16,633 nt of DNA, taken from a virus (taxonomy: Duplodnaviria; Heunggongvirae; Uroviricota; Caudoviricetes). Position 1 is the stretch's first letter; every line of letters begins with the position of its first letter. Under the pieces are notes generated by a model. The model was given only the letters and a program-made list of their open reading frames with translations. It was not told the DNA's origin and searched no databases. Shown here piece after piece: positions 7,789-15,853 of the stretch. The position numbers were made by a program, and so were the translations under genes. The stretch is taken from IMG/VR virus record IMGVR_UViG_2740892219_000014. One strand, 5' to 3'.

Positions 7789-8741
7789 TGTATGCCGTTT
7801 TAGGAGAGATTGAATTTAAGGTTGTCACATTCTGGGACGGCTTTAAAAGCACAATGGGCGTGGACTACGCCACACATGCCCGTATAGAAGGCAAACCCGG
7901 CGTGCAGTTTATTGGCGATAAGCTGGATATGCTGGCACTGGAATTTTCCTTGCACAGCCAGTTTTGCCAACCCACAACAGAGCTGAATCGACTGCGTGAA
8001 GCCATGCTTGCCCACAAAGCGATGGCTCTGGTGTTTGGCAATGGCGATTATCGCGGCTGGTTTGTGATTACGGAGCTAACCGCCACCCACCAGCACACCG
8101 ATCCCTGGGGCAATGTGATTGCTCAAAGCGGAACAATGTCGCTCCAGGAGTACACCGGCGATCCTAAAAATCCACTCTTGCCCCCGGCAATTACTACCCA
8201 AGACCCGAATATTGACGAAAAGGCGAGCGATTTTCCAGACATGGTGGAGTCCTGGTTTGATCAGATATTGAACGCCATTGAAGAAGGTATGCGTAAGGCC
8301 AAAGAGATGCTCGATGAGCTGACTCAAGCCATTGAAGATATTAAAAAAACGGTGGCAAAAGTGAAAGCACTGGTTAAAGAGGCCAAAGCGTTAAAAGAAA
8401 AGTGTGAAAAGATAATTACGTCGTTGAAAAAGACTATCGACGCCATCGAAACCCTGTTTAAACAGCCCATGGATCTGCAAACGCTGGCAGGACTCCCAAA
8501 AGCGTTGTCGGCGCAGATTAACGCTTTACTGGGTAACATGCCAGGTATCCGGGACTGCGCCAAAGACGCCAGCACGCTGGTTGACCATGCTCAGGCGCTT
8601 TTCGACGACATTACCAACGACATCGCCGAAGCGACGTTCGATAAAGCCGCAACGTTGGTTGAGCAGGCACGAACAACGGTACAACAAACCACTCCCGCAG
8701 TGAGCCAGCTTGCTGCCGCGACCATTACGAGGAGCTGGTGA
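7788..8741 (+). CDS. Tail protein with gpU-like N-terminal domain (about 130 aa) fused to a long predicted coiled-coil C-terminal region
   Basis: 317 aa; start overlaps the tape-measure stop (TGATG). The N-terminal segment fits the slot and general pattern of P2 gpU / Mu gp43 N-domain; residues about 150-317 are K/E/A/L-rich heptad-like sequence (EEGMRKAKEMLDELTQAIEDIKKTVAKVKALVKEAKALKEK...). Confidence 0.5.
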   Translation: MYAVLGEIEFKVVTFWDGFKSTMGVDYATHARIEGKPGVQFIGDKLDMLALEFSLHSQFCQPTTELNRLREAMLAHKAMALVFGNGDYRGWFVITELTATHQHTDPWGNVIAQSGTMSLQEYTGDPKNPLLPPAITTQDPNIDEKASDFPDMVESWFDQILNAIEEGMRKAKEMLDELTQAIEDIKKTVAKVKALVKEAKALKEKCEKIITSLKKTIDAIETLFKQPMDLQTLAGLPKALSAQINALLGNMPGIRDCAKDASTLVDHAQALFDDITNDIAEATFDKAATLVEQARTTVQQTTPAVSQLAAATITRSW

Positions 8742-8950
8742 TGCGATACCTTGAACATATCACCACCGACGGCGAACGCTGGGATAATCTGGCATGGCAT
8801 TACTACGGCGATGCGCTGGCTTATGAACGCATCATCGCCGCCAATCCACATGTCGCCATTTACCCGGTACTGCCTTCCGGTATTCAGCTCATTATTCCGG
8901 TCATTTCCGTCAACAAAACCTTATCGGAGATACCACCATGGCTGAGATAA
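8741..8950 (+). CDS. Tail protein X-like (LysM-like fold, P2 gpX family)
   Basis: 69 aa from ATG 8741 (GAGGA RBS 8730-8734; overlaps the upstream stop). The sequence GERWDNLAWHYYGDALAYERIIAANPHVAIYPVLPSGIQLIIP fits the gpX pattern (GDxxDxLxxxYYG...ANPxL...LPxGxxLxIP). Confidence 0.7.
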   Translation: MRYLEHITTDGERWDNLAWHYYGDALAYERIIAANPHVAIYPVLPSGIQLIIPVISVNKTLSEIPPWLR

Positions 8951-9978
8951 GCGTATCTGGTGGCGTCTTTGCCACACTCGCGCCCATTTTTACCCTTTGG
9001 TATGGGCATAAAGATATCACTTATGACATCACGCCCTATGTCACCAGCATCAGTTACCACGACAGCATCAAAAACGAGTCAGATACCATCGCCATTACAC
9101 TGGATGACACCGATGGACGTTGGATAAAAGAGTGGTATCCCGGCAAAGGCGATACGCTGGCGCTGCATATGGGTTATCAGGGGGAGACGCTCCTCGATTG
9201 CGGTCAGTATATTATTGATAAAATTGATATTTCATCACCACCTTCCACGGTAAATATTGATGGCATTGCCACTTCCGTCAATCAGGCGCTGCGTACCCGT
9301 AACAGTCAGGGCTTTGAAGAAACGACGCTTTCGGCCATCGCCAGTCGTATCGCGCAAACTCACGGTCTGAAGCTGGTGGGCAAAATCGAGCCGCTGGCGA
9401 TTGACCGGGTGACACAGTACGGCGAAACCGATGTTGGATTTCTCAAGCGTCTGGCCAGCGAATATGGCTATACCGTGAAAGTGACGACAAAAGAGCTGAT
9501 TTTTTCACATCTGCCGACACTACGCTGCCTGGCGCCAGTGAAAACCATCGACCGCAAAGAGGTTTCGCACTTTACCTTCAAAGACACCATTAATCGCATC
9601 TACAAGAACGCCACCGTACAGCATCAAAATAGTAAGAAAAAAGAACTGGTTATCTACACTCACGACAGCCAGCAAAAACCGTCAGCCCGTGGAGTCGGCA
9701 CCAGTGCCGACACGTTGAAACTCAACAGCCGGGCGACGGATGTTGGCGCGGCACAGGCAAAGGCCAACGCTGCACTCGACAGCCACAACGAATATCAGCA
9801 AACCGGAACACTCAGGATGATGGGCTGCCCGGAACTGACAGCAGGCAATAAAATCGAACTCATTGATTTTGGTATTCTTTCTGGACAATGGCTGATTGAT
9901 AAATCTACTCACAGTTTTGTGCGCAGCGGCTATACCACTGAAATCGACGTTTCGCGCGGGCCAGCAACCAGCCAGTAA
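8938..9978 (+). CDS. Baseplate hub / late control gene D-like protein (P2 gpD, Mu gp44 family)
   Basis: 346 aa with GGAG RBS; start overlaps the gpX-like 3' end; size and position (after U/X, before the spike) fit the gpD family. Confidence 0.8.
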   Translation: MAEISVSGGVFATLAPIFTLWYGHKDITYDITPYVTSISYHDSIKNESDTIAITLDDTDGRWIKEWYPGKGDTLALHMGYQGETLLDCGQYIIDKIDISSPPSTVNIDGIATSVNQALRTRNSQGFEETTLSAIASRIAQTHGLKLVGKIEPLAIDRVTQYGETDVGFLKRLASEYGYTVKVTTKELIFSHLPTLRCLAPVKTIDRKEVSHFTFKDTINRIYKNATVQHQNSKKKELVIYTHDSQQKPSARGVGTSADTLKLNSRATDVGAAQAKANAALDSHNEYQQTGTLRMMGCPELTAGNKIELIDFGILSGQWLIDKSTHSFVRSGYTTEIDVSRGPATSQ

Positions 9979-9987
9979 GGAGGCACT

Positions 9988-10647
9988 ATGAAGGGAGTAA
10001 CCCGGCAAACGGGGATTATCAGCGATATTGACGAAACCAGCGTTCGGGTGCGAGTCACACTGCCAGAGTGCGACAATCTGAAGAGTAACTGGCTTGCGGT
10101 ACTTCAACGTAATTCCCAGGACAATAAAGACTACTGGCTACCGGATATGGGTGAGCAGGTGGAAGTTCTGCTGGACGACAACGGCGAAGATGGCGTGGTA
10201 CTTGGGGCCGTTTATTCTACGGTTGACACCGCGCCTGTGGCCTCGCGAGATAAACGTTACGTCCAGTTTTCTGATGGCGCAGCGTTTGAATATGACCGCA
10301 GCACACACCAGCTTACGATTAACGGCGGTATTGAGAAAATCGTGATTGAGGTTATTGACCGTACTAACCTGACATCACCCAACGTTGAGGTTAAAGCCCA
10401 ACAGGTCACCGTGACTTCCGATACCGTCGATATTAAAGCGACGGCAGTGACGGTAGATGCGCCCATGAGCACCTTTACTGGTAACGTCACGGTAATGAAA
10501 AAACTCACCTGGCTGGGTGGCATGGCAGGAAGTGGAGGCATCGGTAACGCCGCCACGATAACTGGCAATGTCAATGTGATTGGTAACGTTCAGGCCAGCG
10601 GCACATTGCAGGATAGCGGTGGTAACTCAAATCACCATTCACACTAG
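9988..10647 (+). CDS. Baseplate central spike (P2 gpV / Mu gp45 family)
   Basis: 219 aa with a perfect AAGGAGG RBS; N-terminal OB-fold-like region, a middle region of repeated short beta-strand motifs (VTVTSDTVDIKATAVTVDA...), a glycine-rich section and a C-terminal NHHSH tip, as in gpV-type spikes with a metal-binding apex. Confidence 0.85.
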   Translation: MKGVTRQTGIISDIDETSVRVRVTLPECDNLKSNWLAVLQRNSQDNKDYWLPDMGEQVEVLLDDNGEDGVVLGAVYSTVDTAPVASRDKRYVQFSDGAAFEYDRSTHQLTINGGIEKIVIEVIDRTNLTSPNVEVKAQQVTVTSDTVDIKATAVTVDAPMSTFTGNVTVMKKLTWLGGMAGSGGIGNAATITGNVNVIGNVQASGTLQDSGGNSNHHSH

Positions 10648-10653
10648 CTTTTA

Positions 10654-10682
10654 ACCCGCCTGATGGCGGGTTTTCTCTTTTT
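10654..10682 (+). terminator. Rho-independent terminator-like hairpin after the spike gene
   Basis: ACCCGCC-TGAT-GGCGGGT stem-loop followed by TTTTCTCTTTTT, starting 7 nt after the gpV-like stop; leaves a roughly 60-nt spacer before the gpW-like gene. Confidence 0.55.
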
Positions 10683-10745
10683 AATCAATCAGTTTTCTAA
10701 ATCGCTTTAATATCCCCACTGTCCGTTCAGGGCGAAAATAAGCAC

Positions 10746-11105
10746 ATGAACACAAAAACACGCCCCTCAACGCTGCACTGGCAACCCGCCTTGCAGCGGC
10801 CTGAAGAATACGTCTGCGGACTGGATGATATTCACCAGGCAATACACATCATTCTGCGCACGCCGCGCGGCAGTGATCCCCACAGACCGCTGTTTGGCAG
10901 CAACTTGTGGCACTACATCGATTACCCCATCGAGCGGGCAATCCCGCATGTGGTACGGGAGTCGGTGGAAGCCATCCGCCAGTGGGAACCGCGATGTCGG
11001 TTGCTGAAGGTAGCACCGATAATCGACGGTGAACATCTGACGTTACGTGTGCAATGGCGCGCCGCTGACGGCGTAATCAACTCAACGGAGGTGTTATGGC
11101 GATAG
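10746..11105 (+). CDS. Baseplate protein W (GPW/gp25 family)
   Basis: 119 aa; IHIILRTPRGSDPHRPLFGSNLWHYID ... WEPR matches the GPW/gp25 signature (ILxTxxGE/S...P.FGS.L...D...WEPR). Confidence 0.75.
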   Translation: MNTKTRPSTLHWQPALQRPEEYVCGLDDIHQAIHIILRTPRGSDPHRPLFGSNLWHYIDYPIERAIPHVVRESVEAIRQWEPRCRLLKVAPIIDGEHLTLRVQWRAADGVINSTEVLWR

Positions 11106-12211
11106 CCGAACCCGATTTTATTGACCGCGATCCTGCGCAAATTACCAGCGAGATGATTGCGCAATACGAAGATGCCAGCGGTAAAAAACTCTATCCGGCA
11201 CAGGCCGAACGGTTACTCATCGACCTGTTTGCCTATCGTGAAAACCTTGTGCGCATCGCCATTCAGGAAGCGGCGAAACAAAACCTGGTCGCGTATTCCC
11301 GCGCACCAATGTTGGATTATTTAGGGGAGCTGGTGGGTGTTCACCGTTTACCTGCGCAACCGGCAAAAACGACGTTGCAGTTTTCGGTCGTCAGTGCGTA
11401 TACCAGCAATATCCTGATTCCCCAGGGGACGCGGGCCAGTGCCTCTGACAGCGTGATGTTCGCCACCGATGAAGATGTTCTGCTTCCGGCCAGGAGTTTG
11501 CATATCGCCGTTCCGGCCACCAGCCTCGCAGTAGGTGAACAGGGCAATGGCTGGCAGCCTGCACAGATTAGCGCCCTTGTTGACAGGATCGGTTATTACG
11601 ATATCAACGTGACTAATCTGACTCCCACAACCGGCGGTTGTGGTGAAGAGAACGATGATGCACTACGCCAGCGTATACAACTGGCGCCAGAAAGCTTCAG
11701 TAATGCCGGCAGCTATGGCGCATATCGCTTTCATACACTTTCGGTTAGCCAGTCAATTATTGACGTTACAGTACTGGGGCCAGATGAAGGGTTGCCAGAA
11801 GGCTGCGTCGAGCTCTACCCGCTAACCCTGAATGGTCTGCCAGGAACCGAGCTACTCGCGCAAATTGAACAAGAAGTGAGTAAAGAGAAAAAACGTCCGC
11901 TGACTGACAAAGTAAGTGCGAAATGTGCTCTTAGGGTGCCGTATGAAATTCGTGCGCAGCTAACGCTGTTTACCACCGCCGATCAGGAGACAACACTGGC
12001 TGCGGCGCGTAAAGCGATTAGCCTCTGGACGCAACAGCGGCAGAAACATCTGGGGCAGGACATTGTGCCAAACCAGATAATCAAAGTGTTACAAGTCGAT
12101 GGCGTCTATGACGTTGTGCTGAACATGCCTACAAAACGTATTTTGCAGGCGCATGAATGGGCGGAATGCACTGTAATAGACGTCACGATTGCCGGAGTCA
12201 GCGATGGATAA
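11096..12211 (+). CDS. Baseplate wedge protein J (P2 gpJ / Mu gp47 family)
   Basis: 371 aa; start overlaps the gpW-like stop; DDALRQRIQLAPESFSNAGSYGAYRFHTLS resembles the conserved gpJ core; sits in the gpW-gpJ-gpI order. Confidence 0.85.
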   Translation: MAIAEPDFIDRDPAQITSEMIAQYEDASGKKLYPAQAERLLIDLFAYRENLVRIAIQEAAKQNLVAYSRAPMLDYLGELVGVHRLPAQPAKTTLQFSVVSAYTSNILIPQGTRASASDSVMFATDEDVLLPARSLHIAVPATSLAVGEQGNGWQPAQISALVDRIGYYDINVTNLTPTTGGCGEENDDALRQRIQLAPESFSNAGSYGAYRFHTLSVSQSIIDVTVLGPDEGLPEGCVELYPLTLNGLPGTELLAQIEQEVSKEKKRPLTDKVSAKCALRVPYEIRAQLTLFTTADQETTLAAARKAISLWTQQRQKHLGQDIVPNQIIKVLQVDGVYDVVLNMPTKRILQAHEWAECTVIDVTIAGVSDG

Positions 12212-12920
12212 ATTGCTGCCACCGCCGCCGCTTGCCAGCGATGAGCGTTTTTCAACTCTGGCAAATATCGCCGCCGAACGTTTTGCGCAACTCGATCTGA
12301 CGGCATTAATGATATACCTGGTCGACCTGGTTGATGCTTCGGCATTACCTGCCCTTGCAGAACAATTTCACGTTCAGGGGCTGGAAGGTTGGTTATTTAC
12401 TACTGATGAACAAGAGAAGCGTGAGTTAATTAAGCAAGCCATTGAGTTACATAAATATAAAGGAACAGTTTGGGCGGTACGGCGAGTACTGGAAATACTC
12501 TCATTGCCTGGAACTATTGCCGAATGGTTTGAATATGGCGGGAAAGCTTATTTTTTTAAGGTTGATATTACACTAGAGGAAAAAGGGTTAAATGAAGATG
12601 AATTTAATGCACTTATCACATTAATTCATGAATATAAAAATGTTCGTTCAAAACTGGAAAGTATTGTTATTTGGCTTATTAATCAAAGCTCAATACCAGT
12701 TATTGGCAGTGCCATGCAAGGAGGGGAAATCATTACAGTATTGCCTCCTGTTGCAGAAAGTATCAGCCAATCATCAAGAATATTTTTAGCGACAGGTTAT
12801 TGTGTAGAGGAATATATCCAACTACTACCTTATCAACCTGATCGCCTTACACAATCCCAACCGATGAAAATCGGTACAGGATACTGGAGCACCGAAATTA
12901 TGTCTGTATACCCGGAGTAA
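12204..12920 (+). CDS. Baseplate/tail protein I-like (P2 gpI / Mu gp48 position) with an AT-rich C-terminal extension
   Basis: 239 aa from ATG 12204 (GGAG RBS; ATGGATAA overlap with the gpJ-like stop; the track's TTG at 12189 is less likely). N-terminus [16 protein letters not shown] fits the gpI type; the 3' half (about 12480-12920) is markedly AT-rich compared with neighbours. Confidence 0.65.
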   Translation: MDKLLPPPPLASDERFSTLANIAAERFAQLDLTALMIYLVDLVDASALPALAEQFHVQGLEGWLFTTDEQEKRELIKQAIELHKYKGTVWAVRRVLEILSLPGTIAEWFEYGGKAYFFKVDITLEEKGLNEDEFNALITLIHEYKNVRSKLESIVIWLINQSSIPVIGSAMQGGEIITVLPPVAESISQSSRIFLATGYCVEEYIQLLPYQPDRLTQSQPMKIGTGYWSTEIMSVYPE

Positions 12921-12922
12921 TA

Positions 12923-14671
12923 ATGGCAAGTGAATTTTTTACAATATTAACTGCTGCAGGCAAAACCCAAATTGCCTCAGCACTGGCGGAGCAAAAACAG
13001 ATCCGTCTGCAAACTATGGTAGTTGGCGATGGCAACGGTAAATATATCGAACCGACAGAAATCCAGACCAAAGTAGTCCATGAGGTCTGGCGTGGTCAGC
13101 TCAATACATTAAAAATTGCGCCAGATAATCCGGCCTGGGTTATCGCAGAAGCGATTATTCCCGAAGAGGTTGGAGGCTGGTATGTTCGCGAAGTTGGGTT
13201 GCTGGATACCGACGGCACGCTGGTCGCTATTGGTAAATTCCCTGAAACCTATAAACCACAATTACCTGCAGGTGCCAGTAAGCAAATTGTTATACGCGCA
13301 GTGATGGAAGTGACAAATGCGGATGTGGTGACGCTGTTGATAGATCCTTCAGTTGTTATGGCAACCAGGGAATATGTCGATGACACGCTGAAAGCACATC
13401 AGCAATCACGAAATCATCCTGATGCAACACTGACGCAGAAAGGTTTCACGCAACTGAGTAATGCAACTAATAGCGATGATGAAACCAAAGCGGCCACACC
13501 AAAAGCAGTAAAAACCGCATATGACCTGGCAAATAGCAAAGCCGCCACCAGCCATACTCATGGCTGGAATCAGATAACCAGTATCCCTGACGGTACGCTG
13601 GCGCAGAAAGGGATTGTGAAGCTTAACAGTACCACAAACAGCACCAGCACAACGGAAGCTGCAACACCGAGCGCGGTGAAGGCGGCAATGGATAAGGCTA
13701 CTGCGGCTGCACCAGCAAGCCATACCCACACCTGGGGACAAATCACTGGTATCCCCGACGCCACGCTGACGCAAAAAGGAATTGTGAAGCTTAACAGTAC
13801 CACAAACAGCACCAGCACGACGGAAGCTGCAACACCGAGCGCGGTGAAGGCGGCAATGGATAAGGCTATTGCGGCAGCACCAGCAAGTCATACCCACGCC
13901 TGGGGACAAATCACTGGTATCCCCGACGCCACGCTGACGCAAAAAGGAATTGTGAAACTTAACAGTACCACAAACAGCACCAGCACGACGGAAGCTGCAA
14001 CACCGAACGCGGTGAAGGCAGCAATGGATAAGGCTATTGCGGCGGAAAACTGTCCCGTAGGTATGCCTATTCCCTGGCCGTCTGATTCTGTACCTTCAGG
14101 CTATGCGCTGATGACAGGACAAACATTCAATAAAACCTCCTATCCCAAACTGGCGATTGCATATCCATCTGGTGTCATTCCTGATATGCGTGGATGGATA
14201 ATTAAAGGGAAACCGGCCAGTGGGCGCACAGTATTATCAACTGAACTGGATGGAGTTAAATCACATAACCATACGGGCAGTATTTCTAGTACGGATTTAG
14301 GGACAAAAACCACAGCCCTCACAGACTTGGGGACTAAAACTACATCAGCATTTAACCATGGTAATAAAACAACAAGTTCATCTGGCACAGTCTCGGCAAC
14401 TGCAACTGTAAGAACAGGGACATCTTCGCCAGAGGGCCAAGCCGACTGGACATCATATGGCCCTGGAACCGGATCATCTTTGACTATTAATGTTCCATCA
14501 CACGCCCATAGTATTACAATTGGTTCCCATTCCCACACTGTTGCACTCGGCACCCATTCGCATTCAATTGCCCTTGGTTCCCATAACCACTCCCTAACCA
14601 TTAATAATACAGGCCCCCCCGAAAACACCGTTAAAAATATCGCATTCAACTATATTGTGAGGCTAGCATGA
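12923..14671 (+). CDS. Tail fiber protein (P2 gpH / Mu S type) with collagen-like repeats and a His-x-His tip
   Basis: 582 aa. Conserved N-terminal baseplate-attachment region (HEVWRGQLN...[38 protein letters not shown]...[48 protein letters not shown]); three 56-aa tandem repeats ([36 protein letters not shown]...); a C-terminal array of H-x-H motifs; and a terminal ...[15 protein letters not shown]. Confidence 0.9.
   Translation: MASEFFTILTAAGKTQIASALAEQKQIRLQTMVVGDGNGKYIEPTEIQTKVVHEVWRGQLNTLKIAPDNPAWVIAEAIIPEEVGGWYVREVGLLDTDGTLVAIGKFPETYKPQLPAGASKQIVIRAVMEVTNADVVTLLIDPSVVMATREYVDDTLKAHQQSRNHPDATLTQKGFTQLSNATNSDDETKAATPKAVKTAYDLANSKAATSHTHGWNQITSIPDGTLAQKGIVKLNSTTNSTSTTEAATPSAVKAAMDKATAAAPASHTHTWGQITGIPDATLTQKGIVKLNSTTNSTSTTEAATPSAVKAAMDKAIAAAPASHTHAWGQITGIPDATLTQKGIVKLNSTTNSTSTTEAATPNAVKAAMDKAIAAENCPVGMPIPWPSDSVPSGYALMTGQTFNKTSYPKLAIAYPSGVIPDMRGWIIKGKPASGRTVLSTELDGVKSHNHTGSISSTDLGTKTTALTDLGTKTTSAFNHGNKTTSSSGTVSATATVRTGTSSPEGQADWTSYGPGTGSSLTINVPSHAHSITIGSHSHTVALGTHSHSIALGSHNHSLTINNTGPPENTVKNIAFNYIVRLA
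13553..14045 (+). repeat. In-frame 168-nt tandem repeat, about 2.9 copies, inside the tail fiber gene
   Basis: Copies begin at 13553, 13721 and 13889 (period exactly 168 nt); copies 2 and 3 are nearly identical at the nucleotide level and copy 1 is more diverged; a degenerate partial copy lies upstream at about 13425-13552. Confidence 0.85.
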
Positions 14672-15375
14672 ATACTTTTACCTTTTCCGATGAAGCTCAA
14701 ATACTGACTGTTTATAATTTTTCACAAGACTCCCGAGAATATATTGGTGAGTCTGATGCATACATTGCGCCTAATACAGGCTTACCAAATTTTTGCACAT
14801 TAATTTCACCTCCCAAAAAGGTTCCTGGTTTTACTCCTGTTTGGGAGAGTGAAACATGGGGACTTATTGAAGATCATCGAGGCCAAACAGTTTATAACAA
14901 AGTTGATGGCAGCCAGACTATTATTAATAAATTGGGTCAATTGCCTGAAACTGTCACAATTATTTCCCCTACCAGTACTTTTGAGCGTTGGGATGGCGAA
15001 AAATGGCAGCCATCACTTGATGATGCTAAACAGGCGATATATGCCGAAATCAAAAACCTGCGCGATTCTGCCATCGCCGATTACATCATCATCAACGCTC
15101 ATCACTTCCACAGTGATACAAATAGCCGAATACAACAACTCTCACTCACAAAAATGGGAGCCGAAAAACAAATTCCGCCAGGTTTAATGTGGAAAACTAA
15201 AAATAACGGTCTGATTGAGTTAACCAACGAAATCGCCGCCCAGTTTGAATCGGTAACAATAGATCACGATATGCGCCTGTTTGCCAACGCCCAGCGCCAT
15301 ATTGCGGCGGTGGAAACTCTGGGCGATATTCAGGCAGTGCTCGACTACGACTACTCCACAGGCTGGCAACCATGA
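14668..15375 (+). CDS. Tail fiber assembly protein (Tfa, chaperone for the fiber tip)
   Basis: 235 aa; start overlaps the fiber stop (ATGA). N-terminal region ...[34 protein letters not shown]...[20 protein letters not shown]...[13 protein letters not shown]...WDGEKW resembles lambda/P2-type Tfa N-domains; the C-terminal half is divergent. Confidence 0.8.
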   Translation: MNTFTFSDEAQILTVYNFSQDSREYIGESDAYIAPNTGLPNFCTLISPPKKVPGFTPVWESETWGLIEDHRGQTVYNKVDGSQTIINKLGQLPETVTIISPTSTFERWDGEKWQPSLDDAKQAIYAEIKNLRDSAIADYIIINAHHFHSDTNSRIQQLSLTKMGAEKQIPPGLMWKTKNNGLIELTNEIAAQFESVTIDHDMRLFANAQRHIAAVETLGDIQAVLDYDYSTGWQP

Positions 15376-15827
15376 GTAAAACCACTGTCTGGCTCGCTTG
15401 CTATAAAGGCCGAACAGAGCACCGGGGTATTGCGCAACTAGCTGACTGGCTTACCCGTAAAATCACACGCGGCAGTTATTCCCACTGCGAGTTAGCAGTG
15501 GTATATGGTGAAAAAAATTACCTTTGTTACTCTGCATCACTGCGCGATCGCGGTGTACGCGGAAAGATAATGCCACTACCGTCAGATAAGTGGGATATGC
15601 TGCCGCTCCAGGCTAGCGTTCAGGATGTGGAAGCTTTTTTCCATAAACATAATGGCAAAAAATACGACTGGCGCGGAGCCTTAGGAATTATCACAGGCAA
15701 TAAAGAACAGCGCGATCGTCTGTTCTGCAGTGAATTTTGCGCCGAGTTTCTACAGTTAAAAGAGAGTTGGCGCTATTCCCCAAACCATTTGTATGCTTTA
15801 GTCAGCAGTTGGCAATATCAGCCGTAA
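15372..15827 (+). CDS. Hypothetical 151-aa protein coupled to tfa; possible permuted papain-like (NlpC/P60 YaeF/LRAT-like) hydrolase or acyltransferase
   Basis: ATG overlaps the tfa stop (ATGA), so it is the last gene of the tail operon. An N-proximal His (SYSHCELAVVYG) and a C-proximal Cys in a CSEF context (RLFCSEFCAEF) tentatively fit a permuted His...Cys papain-like arrangement. It is real as an ORF; the function is weakly supported. Confidence 0.5.
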   Translation: MSKTTVWLACYKGRTEHRGIAQLADWLTRKITRGSYSHCELAVVYGEKNYLCYSASLRDRGVRGKIMPLPSDKWDMLPLQASVQDVEAFFHKHNGKKYDWRGALGIITGNKEQRDRLFCSEFCAEFLQLKESWRYSPNHLYALVSSWQYQP

Positions 15828-15832
15828 AATAA

Positions 15833-15853
15833 CGCCGGGCATCACGCCCGGCG
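15833..15853. terminator. Hairpin shared by the convergent gene ends; likely terminator for the minus-strand gene
   Basis: CGCCGGGC-ATCAC-GCCCGGCG stem-loop between the plus-strand stop (15825-15827) and the minus-strand stop (15842-15844, inside the loop); on the minus strand it is followed by TTATTTTAC, whereas on the plus strand no T-run follows. Confidence 0.55.

Noticed and set aside
8751-8945. 64-aa ORF in an alternative plus frame over the gpX-like gene
   Set aside because: The gpX-like frame carries the recognisable family motif and a proper RBS; the overlapping frame does not.
10094-10574. Alternative-frame and antisense ORFs within the spike gene
   Set aside because: They overlap a gene with a perfect RBS and the expected gpV architecture; no independent support.
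12189-12203. TTG start extending the gpI-like protein by five residues
   Set aside because: ATG at 12204 has a GGAG RBS at 6-nt spacing and the usual ATG/stop overlap with the gpJ-like gene.
13406-13942. 178-aa and 82-aa minus-strand ORFs, and a possible CRISPR-like array
   Set aside because: These are mirror images of the in-frame 168-nt tail-fiber repeats; the repeats are long, contiguous and coding, with no spacers, so this is neither an antisense gene nor a CRISPR array.
14140-14649. 169-aa minus-strand ORF
   Set aside because: Antisense to the fiber tip coding region, which has strong sequence and synteny support.
14849-15187. 112-aa alternative-frame ORF inside tfa
   Set aside because: Overlaps the well-supported Tfa frame; no RBS or coupling signal.
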